Source of the DNA: a virus
Taxonomy: Duplodnaviria > Caudoviricetes
IMG/VR virus record: IMGVR_UViG_3300032239_000223
Coordinates: 1 to 53,172 of that record
DNA length: 53,172 nt
Direction: 5' to 3' (one strand)
Shown here: piece after piece, positions 16,392-25,653 of the stretch
How the letters are laid out: each line of letters begins with the position of its first letter
Numbering within the stretch: the stretch's first letter is position 1
Translations under genes and position numbers: made by a program
Notes under the pieces: model-generated
What the model saw: the letters and a program-made list of their open reading frames with translations, nothing else
What the model was told of the DNA's origin: nothing
Database searches by the model: none

Positions 16392-18703
16392 AATATCTCC
16401 TCCCGTTCAAAGTTGCTGATACTGTCCACGTACTTCTGCGCCTTGGGTTTAAGCTTGATGCCAAGATAAACGTTGGCCAACTCACCATCAACACGAACCC
16501 TTGTCGCTGTCACGCGGTGGTCCTGCGTTGCCGCAAGAAACCTGCGCTTGAACGCCATGTCACTTCCGGGCGGTATGTTCTTTGCGGTGGCCCATTTGCG
16601 CCAACATATAAACACCTCGTCCTTCATTGCCTTGGCTTCTAGGTCGTAGTCCAGTGCGTCTGTCACGAATGACCCGATGGGGTTGCCTAGCTCCTCCATC
16701 AACTCCAATAACTCGCGTCCTGTTGTTGGTTGTTGGAACCTCTGGCCCTCGCGCGCCATGCGTCGTTGCTGTCCTGCGATGGCCCAGTTAAAAATAGCAG
16801 GCAACTCTTTGGCCAACTTGTCGGCCAACAGTGTGTCCTCTTTGCCGTAAAAACTGTTGCTCATCTTCAGCACAATCATGCGCCCTGTTAACGCGTTGGA
16901 GTTTTCTGTTAACTGCAAGGCCTCGTTAGAATAGATCACAATGCGCGTTGGCAAATATCCACTCCAAGCTTCCTTGTTTTTTCTGTTCACAGTCACAGTA
17001 TCCCCGCCAACAATCCGGAGCAACTGGCTCACTACAGCACCCCTGTTGCGCTCCGGTGCTCGTGCGTCCGTGAAACTCGCTAGCAGTTTTCCTAGCCATG
17101 GTTGAAGTCCAAAAGTATCGCATAGTTCGTCCAGTTGTGGCGCCACTGTGTTGTGTTGCCCCAAGAGGCTTACGAGCACCTTGTTGATCGTTCCCTTGCC
17201 AGAGCGGCGCGGTCCTATGATGTTAAAGAATTTCTGCTGTGTTGAATCACCGCTCAGAATGTAGCCGAACATCTCCTGCAGGCAGGTAATGCTCTCAGGG
17301 TCGTCGTTCCAAATGTCCTGCAAGAAACGCTCCCACGTTGGGCACGTCGCGTCAGGGTCATAAGCAAACGGCAAACTGTTCTGTGTGAAGAACCCCAAGC
17401 TGTGGGGTATCAACATGTTTTGCTCGGTGTGAAAAATGCCGTTCTCAAGCGACACCAGTTTGCTTGGGTCCGGCCTGTCCTTGCCATACCCCTCAAGCCA
17501 GACCGGTGGTTTGGTGTTGGCCGTGTTGGGTAGGTGGGTGACTGCGTGCACCGCGTCTAGGATCGCAGACACGTGCGCAGGCGTTGGGTTGAACGGCATC
17601 AGGTTTTGCTTCTTGTCGTACTTCTTGCACCGGTCCAAGAACGTGTACAGCATAGAACGCACTGTGGCCTCTTCAATGTCTTGGTAGTGTGTGCCCCTGT
17701 ACTGGAACATGTCGTTCGCGTACGTGGTCAATGACGTGCCTTCCTCGCACGTGAACTGGCTTGCCAAGAACTCTTTGGCGTGGTTCAGGGGCCCTCCTGT
17801 GAGCACCTTCTCGCCGTTGGCCACCACCGCGGCCTCTTTGGTCTTGTTGACCTTGAACACCAATGAACGCAGTGTCGTGCCTCCTGTGCCACCGAAGCTG
17901 TCCCACTTGGCCGCACACTGCCCTGCCGCGTAGGCACCACAGGCGCCGTCGTTATCAGACCACCGGTCCCACAACTCCAGTGCCTCGTAGTCGCCACCAA
18001 ACTGGTGGTGCAGGGCCATGCCCACCGCCAACCAGTCTGTGTACCCACAGTCGGGGTCCAACTGTGTCAGCAGGTCGGTCTCCACGCGGGCCAAGTCCCA
18101 CCCGTCCAGTGGGGGGCTGTAGTCTGCAAACGAGTCACCCGATCGGTAACTTCTGCGTGCGGGCACGATGTGTTGCAGGTCCTGCTCCTGATCAGGAATG
18201 GTGCCACCCAGTGTGTGGCCTGTCACTGTGAAGTAACGGCCCTTGGGGTAGATCTCTAAACCCTTCTCATGGTCGACGTGCGCGGCGTGTAACTGTGCAC
18301 GCGTAAAGATTTTAATGCCGGTGCCTGAGGGGCTGACCTCTGCGTAGCCTAGAACAGCGTCTTTAATGGCCTGCGCTTCAGGCGTAAGAGACGTTGGACC
18401 CTGAACGGCATCCACGCAGTCGTCCAAGTCGATGCCCATGATGCCGTCGCTACCATCAAAGACAAAGCCAACACCATCGAAGCGGCCAGTTTGATATGCT
18501 TCTTGTGCATGGAGAAAATCACACCACGTTGTTGGGTTTGTGGAACTTGCTGACGACCCATTTGACTGCAGTGGTAACTTTGACCACCGCTTGTTCGACT
18601 CTTCTCCAACCTCGACCAATCTCCAAAGAACCCAACGGGATATTTTCTTGAGGCTGATCGGGATGTTCTCGAATTGAACCGCCAGTGCTGTTGGTTTGTT
18701 CAT
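16388..18703 (-). CDS. Primase-helicase (primase-polymerase domain, PriCT-2, D5/SF3 helicase)
   Basis: GIDLDDC, EVSPSGTG, EIY...RYFTVTG, W..VGMALH, Walker A GPRRSGKGT. Confidence 0.92.
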   Translation of the reverse strand: MNKPTALAVQFENIPISLKKISRWVLWRLVEVGEESNKRWSKLPLQSNGSSASSTNPTTWCDFLHAQEAYQTGRFDGVGFVFDGSDGIMGIDLDDCVDAVQGPTSLTPEAQAIKDAVLGYAEVSPSGTGIKIFTRAQLHAAHVDHEKGLEIYPKGRYFTVTGHTLGGTIPDQEQDLQHIVPARRSYRSGDSFADYSPPLDGWDLARVETDLLTQLDPDCGYTDWLAVGMALHHQFGGDYEALELWDRWSDNDGACGAYAAGQCAAKWDSFGGTGGTTLRSLVFKVNKTKEAAVVANGEKVLTGGPLNHAKEFLASQFTCEEGTSLTTYANDMFQYRGTHYQDIEEATVRSMLYTFLDRCKKYDKKQNLMPFNPTPAHVSAILDAVHAVTHLPNTANTKPPVWLEGYGKDRPDPSKLVSLENGIFHTEQNMLIPHSLGFFTQNSLPFAYDPDATCPTWERFLQDIWNDDPESITCLQEMFGYILSGDSTQQKFFNIIGPRRSGKGTINKVLVSLLGQHNTVAPQLDELCDTFGLQPWLGKLLASFTDARAPERNRGAVVSQLLRIVGGDTVTVNRKNKEAWSGYLPTRIVIYSNEALQLTENSNALTGRMIVLKMSNSFYGKEDTLLADKLAKELPAIFNWAIAGQQRRMAREGQRFQQPTTGRELLELMEELGNPIGSFVTDALDYDLEAKAMKDEVFICWRKWATAKNIPPGSDMAFKRRFLAATQDHRVTATRVRVDGELANVYLGIKLKPKAQKYVDSISNFEREEIF

Positions 18704-18736
18704 GTGTTTGCGCCTTTGTGTTTGGTGAATAGTTTA

Positions 18737-19093
18737 TCATTTTTTGACACCCCTCAGTGTGTCGTACGCTGTTTCCCGCGCCTGCTTCATTTCCATAAGA
18801 CCCATCTCGGTCTCTTTGATCTGCTCGTCCATCTCGTTGACGATGGCCTGCCCGTACTTCTCCGCGGCCTCCTCGGCTGTCAGGTCTGCACGTGAGGCTT
18901 TACCGAGCACGCTGTTGTCATTTTCTGGCCCGTGGTACCCAAATTGTACAACCCCCTGCATTTCCAGTATGGTGATCACCACCATAGGCATGATCAGCAC
19001 GATGGCCAGTGCTGTGATGGGGTCCAAAAAGTACCCGACCACCGACGCCAGTATGGCGCCAAATAAATAGATTGCGTAAATTATTTTTTTCAT
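18737..19093 (-). CDS. Hypothetical membrane protein
   Basis: Two N-terminal hydrophobic segments and a coiled-coil tail. Confidence 0.65.
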   Translation of the reverse strand: MKKIIYAIYLFGAILASVVGYFLDPITALAIVLIMPMVVITILEMQGVVQFGYHGPENDNSVLGKASRADLTAEEAAEKYGQAIVNEMDEQIKETEMGLMEMKQARETAYDTLRGVKK

Positions 19094-19296
19094 CCGTGTT
19101 CTCCGCACGTTGTCAGGGTTTCGTTGACTATCTCGGTAATGCTACCAAACACGTCCTCCATCGGCTCCCCGTATTTGTAGTGCTGTCGTAACTGTGTCTC
19201 AATCTCTAACAGGGCCATGATGGCCGTCTGCCCGTGCAGGGCATAGCGCAACTTGTCCTCGTCGTGTGGGTACTCAAATTCAATTGTTGCCTTCAT
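19090..19296 (-). CDS. Hypothetical protein
   Basis: MKATIEFEYP..., coupled overlaps. Confidence 0.7.
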   Translation of the reverse strand: MKATIEFEYPHDEDKLRYALHGQTAIMALLEIETQLRQHYKYGEPMEDVFGSITEIVNETLTTCGEHG

Positions 19297-19625
19297 GCTT
19301 TGCTCCAGTCGTAGTCGTCATCTTCTTCCCCCGCACGCGCGCGCTCTTCAAATATGTATTTGGGCTGGTGGTTTTGTGTGTAGTCTGCCCACGCCTCCTC
19401 GTAACGCACGTACTCTGTGTTTTGAATGAAGAGGGGCGTCAGACGCCCGTCCTCTTTGACTGACCCTAGACAACGTGTGGCGGGTGTGCGCGTTGCGCGC
19501 CACACCTTCCTCGCGCGCCTGACACGTAACCACGCCTCCCTGACCTCTTCGGTCCACTGTGCCGCCTTCTCAGGCGGTAGCTTTTTTAGGTTGGCCTCGT
19601 ATACTGCGCGCTCGTTGTCTGTCAT
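19293..19625 (-). CDS. Hypothetical protein
   Basis: 110 aa in operon. Confidence 0.6.
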   Translation of the reverse strand: MTDNERAVYEANLKKLPPEKAAQWTEEVREAWLRVRRARKVWRATRTPATRCLGSVKEDGRLTPLFIQNTEYVRYEEAWADYTQNHQPKYIFEERARAGEEDDDYDWSKA

Positions 19626-19628
19626 GTC

Positions 19629-19820
19629 TTAGTCCTTTGGTGTCAACAGTTTGCCTTCAGCGATGGCGGCCTTGAGCACGCCAATGAACGCAAAATTTAG
19701 CAGGTACTTGGTTGCCAGTGGCCCCATGTTGATGTTGCAGTCACAGGACCCGTCCTCGTTCTCCTGCACGTGCTCCACCCGTATGTAGTCAAAATCTTTA
19801 ATGTCAACTTCTGAGATCAT
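19629..19820 (-). CDS. Hypothetical protein
   Basis: Contains ENEDGS motif; start uncertain. Confidence 0.6.
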   Translation of the reverse strand: MISEVDIKDFDYIRVEHVQENEDGSCDCNINMGPLATKYLLNFAFIGVLKAAIAEGKLLTPKD

Positions 19821-19910
19821 AATCAACTCGCTAGTTTGTACAGGCCGACGTTCGCAAACGCGTAGCCTAAATACGTTAGACACATGGGCATGTTGTCCTT
19901 GAGCCCCTGC

Positions 19911-20120
19911 TCAATTGCCACGCCCGCATAGATCAGCCCCGTCAGGGCTATTAGCCACCCGCTCATACTCTTCCTCCACCAGTTTAGTGAACTTCTTCAA
20001 CTCTTTGTCGTAGTCACAGGACCAGTCTATCGTGGCGCCCTTAGGCTTCCAGTCGCTGTCCTTTGACCACATGACAAAACCCGCCTGCTCTGCTAATTGT
20101 AGCATTCTAGCACGTTTCAT
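19911..20120 (-). CDS. Hypothetical protein
   Basis: LAEQAGF...IDWSCDYD...KF pattern. Confidence 0.65.
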   Translation of the reverse strand: MKRARMLQLAEQAGFVMWSKDSDWKPKGATIDWSCDYDKELKKFTKLVEEEYERVANSPDGADLCGRGN

Positions 20121-20356
20121 GCCAACCCCCTGTAAGTTAATTCGGGGCAGGTGTAGGTTGTGCCGTGCCAGTCTGCGTGGTAGGCGCTCCTGACCTTGTT
20201 GGCCTCGAACTCGGCCGCCTTCCTAGCCTTCGTGGCACGCTTGTACGCGTTTATCCTGTCCCTGTTGGCCCTTGCGTACTCGCGCTCTGTCTCGCGCTTA
20301 CGTTCTAGACGTTTTCGGTTTGTTTCCCACACGTCTCTAATATCGCCTTTAGCCAC
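20117..20356 (-). CDS. Hypothetical basic protein
   Basis: 79 aa, coupled. Confidence 0.55.
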   Translation of the reverse strand: MAKGDIRDVWETNRKRLERKRETEREYARANRDRINAYKRATKARKAAEFEANKVRSAYHADWHGTTYTCPELTYRGLA

Positions 20357-20534
20357 TGTTCTTCTCCTTCAGTTTGGTTTCAATCTCTTTTGCAAAATTG
20401 TTAACATGGCCTCCATAGACAATTCTCCACTTGTCGCACATGGCCTTCAACTCCTCGTCTGTCAACGGCCGCCATGGGCGCGTGTACTCCTGAATGTCGT
20501 CGTCTATCTGCCGCTTGCGCCATCCTGTTGTCAT
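20349..20534 (-). CDS. Hypothetical protein
   Basis: W..LTDEE...FAKEIETKLKEKN pattern common in phage small proteins. Confidence 0.65.
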   Translation of the reverse strand: MTTGWRKRQIDDDIQEYTRPWRPLTDEELKAMCDKWRIVYGGHVNNFAKEIETKLKEKNSG

Positions 20535-20866
20535 GTCATCCCCTTCTTTGCGCATGGTGCGCGTTCTGCGAACACCGACGCCAGTAGGTGGTCGGCCCCC
20601 CTGTTGGGCCCGTGGTACCGGCCCAGTCCCTCGCGCGTCCACTTGACGAGCATGTCTCGTGCCGGTGGCATGCCTGTGGGGCAGTGCACGATGCCGGCCA
20701 TGGCGTCGTAGACGCCTAGTATGTAGCCCGTTGCCTGCACCGCCTCCGGTGTGTATGGGTCCTTGAGCGCCTCACGCAGTCCTTGGATCGACAGGTGTTG
20801 AGAGTGAGCGCTCACTTCAAATAGGGCGCTTGCTGTGATGATGAGGGCTTTAAATACGGGGTTCAT
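20531..20866 (-). CDS. Secreted Rap1a-like (T6SS amidase immunity fold) protein
   Basis: Signal-peptide-like N-terminus; GYILGVYD...CP...A..L...F....PC matches the Rap1a pattern as recalled. Confidence 0.6.
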   Translation of the reverse strand: MNPVFKALIITASALFEVSAHSQHLSIQGLREALKDPYTPEAVQATGYILGVYDAMAGIVHCPTGMPPARDMLVKWTREGLGRYHGPNRGADHLLASVFAERAPCAKKGMT

Positions 20867-21110
20867 GTCTTTGCTCCATCTCGGCCGCTAGGCTGTCTAG
20901 TTGGTCGTGTGCGTCGGGGTTCCATATTGCGTCGTCTAGCGACGGGCCCTGTATGGTCGTGTTGATGGTCCATGTGTCTGCCTCTCGGGTAAACAGGGGC
21001 CGCAGGTACCGGCCCAACATCGCGTCGTCCACTAACCGGTCGGCCCTTGCCCGCTCCAGTTCGTACGACCGCTTGTAGGCCTCTGCTAGTTGTATCATTC
21101 TGTCAATCAT
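20850..21110 (-). CDS. Hypothetical protein
   Basis: 86 aa in operon. Confidence 0.55.
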   Translation of the reverse strand: MIDRMIQLAEAYKRSYELERARADRLVDDAMLGRYLRPLFTREADTWTINTTIQGPSLDDAIWNPDAHDQLDSLAAEMEQRHEPRI

Positions 21111-21627
21111 AATCTTCTTCCGTTATTTGGTCTTTCTTGTACGCGTCCAGTGACACCGGTTGTCTCTGGCTCACCACCAGTCTGTCGCGGACCCTGCTCT
21201 CTGTCAGGCCCGTCAACTTGGCCACCTCTTTGGTCGTTGGGTCCCTGTTGAGCACCTGTGCCAACTCGGTCTCCACCCGCTTGATCTTGCGCAGGTCCTC
21301 CTGCACCGACACAGGCACGTGGATCAGTAGGGCCTTATTCTCTACTGCTCTGAGCACTTGGCTCTTGATCAGTGTGCGTGCGTAACTCGCAAACCTTCCC
21401 TGCGGTTTCCACCTGTGCGCGGCCTTCATCAGGGCCATGTAGCCCTCCTGCAGTAGGTCGTCGCGTGTCATACTGCTGTTCAGGTCCCACTGCGGCAACT
21501 TCTGCACGATGTACACCACCAGTCCCATGTTGGCTTCCACCAACTGCTCGTGGGCCTCCTCGTCACCCTGCACGATCCGGTGGTGCAGTTCGATCTCTTG
21601 TTCTGCCGTCAGTAGTTGTCGTCTCAT
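21103..21627 (-). CDS. Sigma70-family sigma factor (regions 1.2-3 only, no region 4)
   Basis: LLTAEQEIEL (1.2), LVEANMGLVV (2.1), DLLQEG..ALMKAA (2.2), RFASYA (2.3), IHVPV, LNRDPTTKEVA (3), ending at PVSLD. Confidence 0.85.
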   Translation of the reverse strand: MRRQLLTAEQEIELHHRIVQGDEEAHEQLVEANMGLVVYIVQKLPQWDLNSSMTRDDLLQEGYMALMKAAHRWKPQGRFASYARTLIKSQVLRAVENKALLIHVPVSVQEDLRKIKRVETELAQVLNRDPTTKEVAKLTGLTESRVRDRLVVSQRQPVSLDAYKKDQITEEDYD

Positions 21628-21905
21628 CGTTGGTCCATTGCGTTGTCGTAGTTGAGCATGGCCTGCACCCCATCCTCTCTGCCGGCATCGTACGCGTCCC
21701 ATGACTCACAGTCGCACACGTACCGGCCCGCTTGGTGGCTTGCCTCTCTCGCAAACCCGTGTGGTGCCTTTGAGTGTGTGTTGCACTTGGGTTGTTGGGC
21801 GTCGGGGTGCTTGGCCCCCTGTTGGTACGCGAACTCGACCAACTCCACTGTGCGGTGGTCCACGTTGACTATTTGCAACATCTGTTTAATGTCGTCTAGG
21901 TTCAT
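21624..21905 (-). CDS. Hypothetical protein, Cys/His-containing
   Basis: C..H..APHGF.R..SH....YVC.C.W motif. Confidence 0.65.
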   Translation of the reverse strand: MNLDDIKQMLQIVNVDHRTVELVEFAYQQGAKHPDAQQPKCNTHSKAPHGFAREASHQAGRYVCDCESWDAYDAGREDGVQAMLNYDNAMDQR

Positions 21906-22210
21906 TCTTGTGGCTCCTTCATCTTGGCAATTACGTCTGTGTACTCTTGGGCCTGTGGGGCCCGTAGGTCGAACACGGCAAAGGCATTTTGGCCGCTCTG
22001 CCGCCAGTGTAGTCCGTCTTCACAGGCCTGTGCAACTTGCTTGGCCTCCTCCTCGGTTGAGTAAAACCCCACCACGTCGGAACTCACGCCACACTCGATG
22101 CACCCCACGTTGAACACCATCCAAGGTTTATGCTTTTTGGCGCCCTCGTAGATCACCTGCATGCGCAACTTGGACCTGCGCTCTGCCTCGTTGAAATCAT
22201 CTTGGTTCAT
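21902..22210 (-). CDS. Hypothetical protein
   Basis: Contains VGCIECG; start MNQDD. Confidence 0.6.
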   Translation of the reverse strand: MNQDDFNEAERRSKLRMQVIYEGAKKHKPWMVFNVGCIECGVSSDVVGFYSTEEEAKQVAQACEDGLHWRQSGQNAFAVFDLRAPQAQEYTDVIAKMKEPQE

Positions 22211-22449
22211 TCGTCGTACTCCTCGTCGATTACAGGCCACACTAGCAGTGGGGTGTCTTTGCCAATATACGCGTTATCTATGTTGAAGTCAATGAATTCC
22301 AGTGCCTCGTCACGCGTCATGCCGTCTCTAATCATAAGTACACTTACGATTTCCTCGCCACTGTATACAAACACAGGCACACGTTCACCTGCTTGGTACG
22401 TCAGGGTTGTCCCTATGATCGCCTTGTCTAAGTTGGTCCGTCTTTTCAT
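22207..22449 (-). CDS. Conserved phage hypothetical protein
   Basis: D.AIIG...VY...L..DGM...EA.EF..FNI..AY.G..TP pattern. Confidence 0.75.
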   Translation of the reverse strand: MKRRTNLDKAIIGTTLTYQAGERVPVFVYSGEEIVSVLMIRDGMTRDEALEFIDFNIDNAYIGKDTPLLVWPVIDEEYDE

Positions 22450-22577
22450 TGCGTTCTTTCTCCAGTTGTTGTTTCAGTACGTACTTAGCGTCGGGCCTGC
22501 TTGCAAACCCCCTGCTTAGTCTACCATCATCATCCTGCAGTAACCCTGCCGGTTATCCAGTCTTTTTAGTCATAAAG

Positions 22578-22586
22578 TTATCCACA
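22578..22586 (+). promoter_or_regulatory. Perfect DnaA box TTATCCACA
   Basis: Exact 9-mer 43 bp from the origin-like element. Confidence 0.5.
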
Positions 22587-22629
22587 GTTGTAAAAAAGCA
22601 ACACTTTTAAAAATGAATACTTTAGTTTA

Positions 22630-22755
<126 letters not shown>

Positions 22756-22916
22756 CAAAGTATTCAATTTTAGTTGACGCGTCTGAAACTTACACGAAAC
22801 TTACGCGTTGCTTAAAATTTAATCAAAGTAGCAGATCACGGCCAGTAGGACGATGGCCCACCGCGGCTGTTTGGCCGCCCACAGGGCCAGTACACCAAAT
22901 AACCCCGCCAAGGCCA

Positions 22917-23072
22917 TCACAACACCACCCTGACCGGTGTATCCGGTGGGATACTGGCCTTAAAGGCCTCTATGGCCTCTAGGCGCGACCTGCCGGTGTA
23001 GGTGCGGCCTGACCCTGCCCAAGCCTCCCAACGCTCGTTGGTGGCGTTGTACGCGACGTGTATGTTGATCAT
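22917..23072 (-). CDS. Small hypothetical protein (51 aa)
   Basis: MINIHVAYNA..., coupled overlaps, read by hand. Confidence 0.45.
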   Translation of the reverse strand: MINIHVAYNATNERWEAWAGSGRTYTGRSRLEAIEAFKASIPPDTPVRVVL

Positions 23073-23287
23073 GTGATCTTCCCCTCGTGGACCATTTTCT
23101 CAAACGTGTCGAACATGCGCTGAAAACGAATGTTGTATAGCTCGTGTAGGCCCAACAGCACGTTCATCATGCGGTCCTCGTCTTGGTACAGGGCCTCGGT
23201 GTGGTAGACCATCTCAATGTCGTCTGTAACACCCCAACACTGCATAATTTGGTCTTCCAGTGTGAATCGGTCTAGTTGTTTCATCAT
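23069..23287 (-). CDS. Hypothetical protein
   Basis: DRF.LE..IM.CW....D...N.LLG...LY...F pattern. Confidence 0.75.
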   Translation of the reverse strand: MMKQLDRFTLEDQIMQCWGVTDDIEMVYHTEALYQDEDRMMNVLLGLHELYNIRFQRMFDTFEKMVHEGKIT

Positions 23288-23502
23288 GCCATGCTCCGGT
23301 TAAGGGTTTTCCCTAATAAATTAAACAGGTCGTTTTGTGCGGCCTCTTTTTGGCCGCAGATTAACAGGTTCTCAATGTCTGCCAACTGCTCTTGGCTGAC
23401 CCACAGTCCGTCACCCGCGTCTGCCGGTGCCGTCACCACGTAGCCCCAGTCCCGCAGGTACTCGGCCACGTCCTTGATGTCGTAGTCTTCTAATGATTTC
23501 AT
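23284..23502 (-). CDS. Hypothetical protein
   Basis: 72 aa, GGAG RBS, coupled. Confidence 0.65.
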   Translation of the reverse strand: MKSLEDYDIKDVAEYLRDWGYVVTAPADAGDGLWVSQEQLADIENLLICGQKEAAQNDLFNLLGKTLNRSMA

Positions 23503-23660
23503 GCTATCTCCTTCCGCGGCACCTTGGCCGCCAGTAAATGCTTGTCACCCAGTAGGCGCACCGAGCGCACCCACTGGCGCATGTTGTGCCTTGCTGTGCT
23601 CGTTGGCACCATGTCGTGCACAAACAGTGTGCGCACGTGTTTCAAAAGCTTTGTGTTCAT
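23499..23660 (-). CDS. Small hypothetical protein (53 aa)
   Basis: MNTKLLKHVRTLF...RHNMRQWVRSVRLLGDK, ATGA overlaps on both sides. Confidence 0.7.
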   Translation of the reverse strand: MNTKLLKHVRTLFVHDMVPTSTARHNMRQWVRSVRLLGDKHLLAAKVPRKEIA

Positions 23661-23890
23661 TCTGTAACCTCCACCTCAAAGGGGATTGAATTGTCGATGA
23701 AACCCTGCCGTTTTTCGTATGGCAGGGCAAAGATGATGCCGAACTGGCGGTTAACCGCGGCCTGTACTGCCAATGGCAGATTCCATTTGTGCGGGTCGTC
23801 GTTAGAATCAGTCACAGTGACCTCACGACCTTCGGGTGTGGCCACGTGCTGAACTGCGGCAATACTGCCGTGTCTAATTGTGTACTTCAT
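23657..23890 (-). CDS. Hypothetical protein
   Basis: Coupled; start MKYTIR. Confidence 0.6.
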   Translation of the reverse strand: MKYTIRHGSIAAVQHVATPEGREVTVTDSNDDPHKWNLPLAVQAAVNRQFGIIFALPYEKRQGFIDNSIPFEVEVTE

Positions 23891-24228
23891 CGTGCTGTCT
23901 CCCATACGTCTTCGATGTGCCAGTCGTCGGGGTCGCAGTGTGTGTCAAATGATGACCCGTCTAGCTTCTTGGCCAACTCGTACGCCTCGTCTAGGCTGTT
24001 GGCCTCGATCTCTGCCTCACACATGGCACTGTACGACGCGCGCACCTTGAACTTGCGCTTTGGTGCCGCGGGCCAGTCTTCCTTGTATATGTGGATCGGG
24101 TTGTCGTTGTTGTCGTACACCTCCACCCACAGGGTGCCTAGTGTCATGTGCACCGCCACCCACCCGTTGTCCTTACCGATCAAAACCTCCGCTCGGTTGG
24201 TTTGGTTTTGTTTTACTAATACTGTCAT
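23887..24228 (-). CDS. Hypothetical protein
   Basis: 113 aa, C-terminal IEA.S.DEA.E.A motif. Confidence 0.65.
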   Translation of the reverse strand: MTVLVKQNQTNRAEVLIGKDNGWVAVHMTLGTLWVEVYDNNDNPIHIYKEDWPAAPKRKFKVRASYSAMCEAEIEANSLDEAYELAKKLDGSSFDTHCDPDDWHIEDVWETAR

Positions 24229-24380
24229 TTTGTTTTCTCCTCTTTTTCAATCTGTTCACGTGTGGCATCAATTTCTAGTCGTATTCTGTCCAGTCGATCC
24301 CAATCACCCTCGTCAAAATATACTTTGTCTATGGCTAATAAATGTGCTAGATGCTCTTGTAGTTCAGACAATTTGGTCAT
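24225..24380 (-). CDS. Small hypothetical protein (51 aa)
   Basis: MTKLSELQEHL..., fills the gap with overlaps. Confidence 0.55.
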   Translation of the reverse strand: MTKLSELQEHLAHLLAIDKVYFDEGDWDRLDRIRLEIDATREQIEKEEKTK

Positions 24381-24594
24381 GCTGTTGCTCCCGTTGGTAA
24401 ACTGATTCGATGTATTGTTTGGCCGCGGCCATGTTGTCGTGGTGCTTGGTGCCCTTGTCCATGATCAACATGGTCACAGGGCGTCTGTCTTCGTACAGAC
24501 TGCGCAGGTCGCCAAACGACAGCCACCCCACCTTCTTGCCGTCAAAGAACACGTCTTGCCCGTCGCAGGCTCGGTCAATCTTGTACTCAATCAT
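24364..24594 (-). CDS. Hypothetical protein
   Basis: 76 aa, GGAGG RBS. Confidence 0.6.
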   Translation of the reverse strand: MIEYKIDRACDGQDVFFDGKKVGWLSFGDLRSLYEDRRPVTMLIMDKGTKHHDNMAAAKQYIESVYQREQQHDQIV

Positions 24595-24857
24595 ACTGCC
24601 TCCCCAATATAAATGTTACCGGCCAACTTGACCGACAGGATGGTCTCGCGGTTGATCGCGCGGTACTCTTCCTTCTTAACGTCGAACACTGTCAGGTACT
24701 TGTCCGCGTCCAACTTGGACGTGCCACCCTTCAGGTACTTTGTGACGCCTAGGCGGCACAACATTGTGCGCTCGGTGCCGTCTTTCTTAACGAACACGAC
24801 GCTGACGAAACGGCCGTTTGATGCGGCCACGATAGATGCTAGTTCTTTGCTGTCCAT
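24591..24857 (-). CDS. Small beta-barrel (SH3/WYL-like) protein
   Basis: FVSVVFVKKDGTERTM.CR...KGG...VFD....YR.IN pattern. Confidence 0.6.
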   Translation of the reverse strand: MDSKELASIVAASNGRFVSVVFVKKDGTERTMLCRLGVTKYLKGGTSKLDADKYLTVFDVKKEEYRAINRETILSVKLAGNIYIGEAV

Positions 24858-24867
24858 GGTTTTCTCC

Positions 24868-25122
24868 TTAAATTTCATAAATGACCACGTTGGGGTCGAT
24901 CTTCATCAGGTCTTTGGCCGCGCCTGATAACATGCGGTACTTCATCTGTGCCTCTGTGTGGCTGATCTCGCCATCACAATACAGGTTCTCGGGGCTTAGT
25001 TGAATGTCTATCAACTGCGCCACGTGTTGCCTGTCCTCTGGGGTGTCGAGTGACAACTCGCGGTTGCCAAACAGTTTACGCCAGTCGTTTTCTGCTTTAA
25101 TAAATTTCTGTAACTTTTTCAT
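24868..25122 (-). CDS. Early hypothetical protein
   Basis: LSPENL.CDGE motif; AAGGAG RBS after a repeat copy. Confidence 0.7.
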   Translation of the reverse strand: MKKLQKFIKAENDWRKLFGNRELSLDTPEDRQHVAQLIDIQLSPENLYCDGEISHTEAQMKYRMLSGAAKDLMKIDPNVVIYEI

Positions 25123-25162
25123 GGTTTGCTCCTTTGTATTGATATGGTCAACTGGGGGTGAA

Positions 25163-25606
25163 TTAGGCCCCTTGGTATGAATGCTCCTCGGCAAACTGTT
25201 CTTCAAACGCGGCCAGTATGAACAGGCCCATCTTGTCTTCGATGCGCTCCTGTGTGTCACCACTGAGCATGCTGTCCATCCACCGACGGGCCTTGATCTC
25301 TTTAGCCACGCCTGCAATTTTAAACAGCGTGCTGAACTCACGGGCCCTGTTGCACAGGCCGTTGTTGTACAGGTCGTAGTAGCAGTTAACTGCGCGCCTG
25401 AATGCCTCTAGGTGTTTGTTGGCACCTTGGCCGCCTTCCACCTCACCAATGGCCGGCAGAAGCTTCTCTAACGCGTCGGCCTTCAATTGGTACCGACCTT
25501 GGCCGGTCCAGTATGTTCTGTTCATGGTTTTCTCCTCTGTTGGGTTGCGGAAGTCTTGGGGTTTCTCGGCCTCGAATTCGGCCATTGTTTTGATTTCTGT
25601 GCTCAT
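25163..25606 (-). CDS. Early hypothetical protein
   Basis: YW...G.YQ...YYDLYNNGLCN motif; stop inside the repeat. Confidence 0.7.
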   Translation of the reverse strand: MSTEIKTMAEFEAEKPQDFRNPTEEKTMNRTYWTGQGRYQLKADALEKLLPAIGEVEGGQGANKHLEAFRRAVNCYYDLYNNGLCNRAREFSTLFKIAGVAKEIKARRWMDSMLSGDTQERIEDKMGLFILAAFEEQFAEEHSYQGA

Positions 25607-25653
25607 GGTGTGCTCCTGTGTTGTTGATACTACTATGGTCAACTGGGGGTGAA

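Noticed and set aside
21628-21702. N-terminal extension of the sigma ORF given in the ORF track
   Set aside because: It overlaps the upstream gene; sigma homology begins at MRRQLLT (ATG 21627), which is coupled to the upstream stop.
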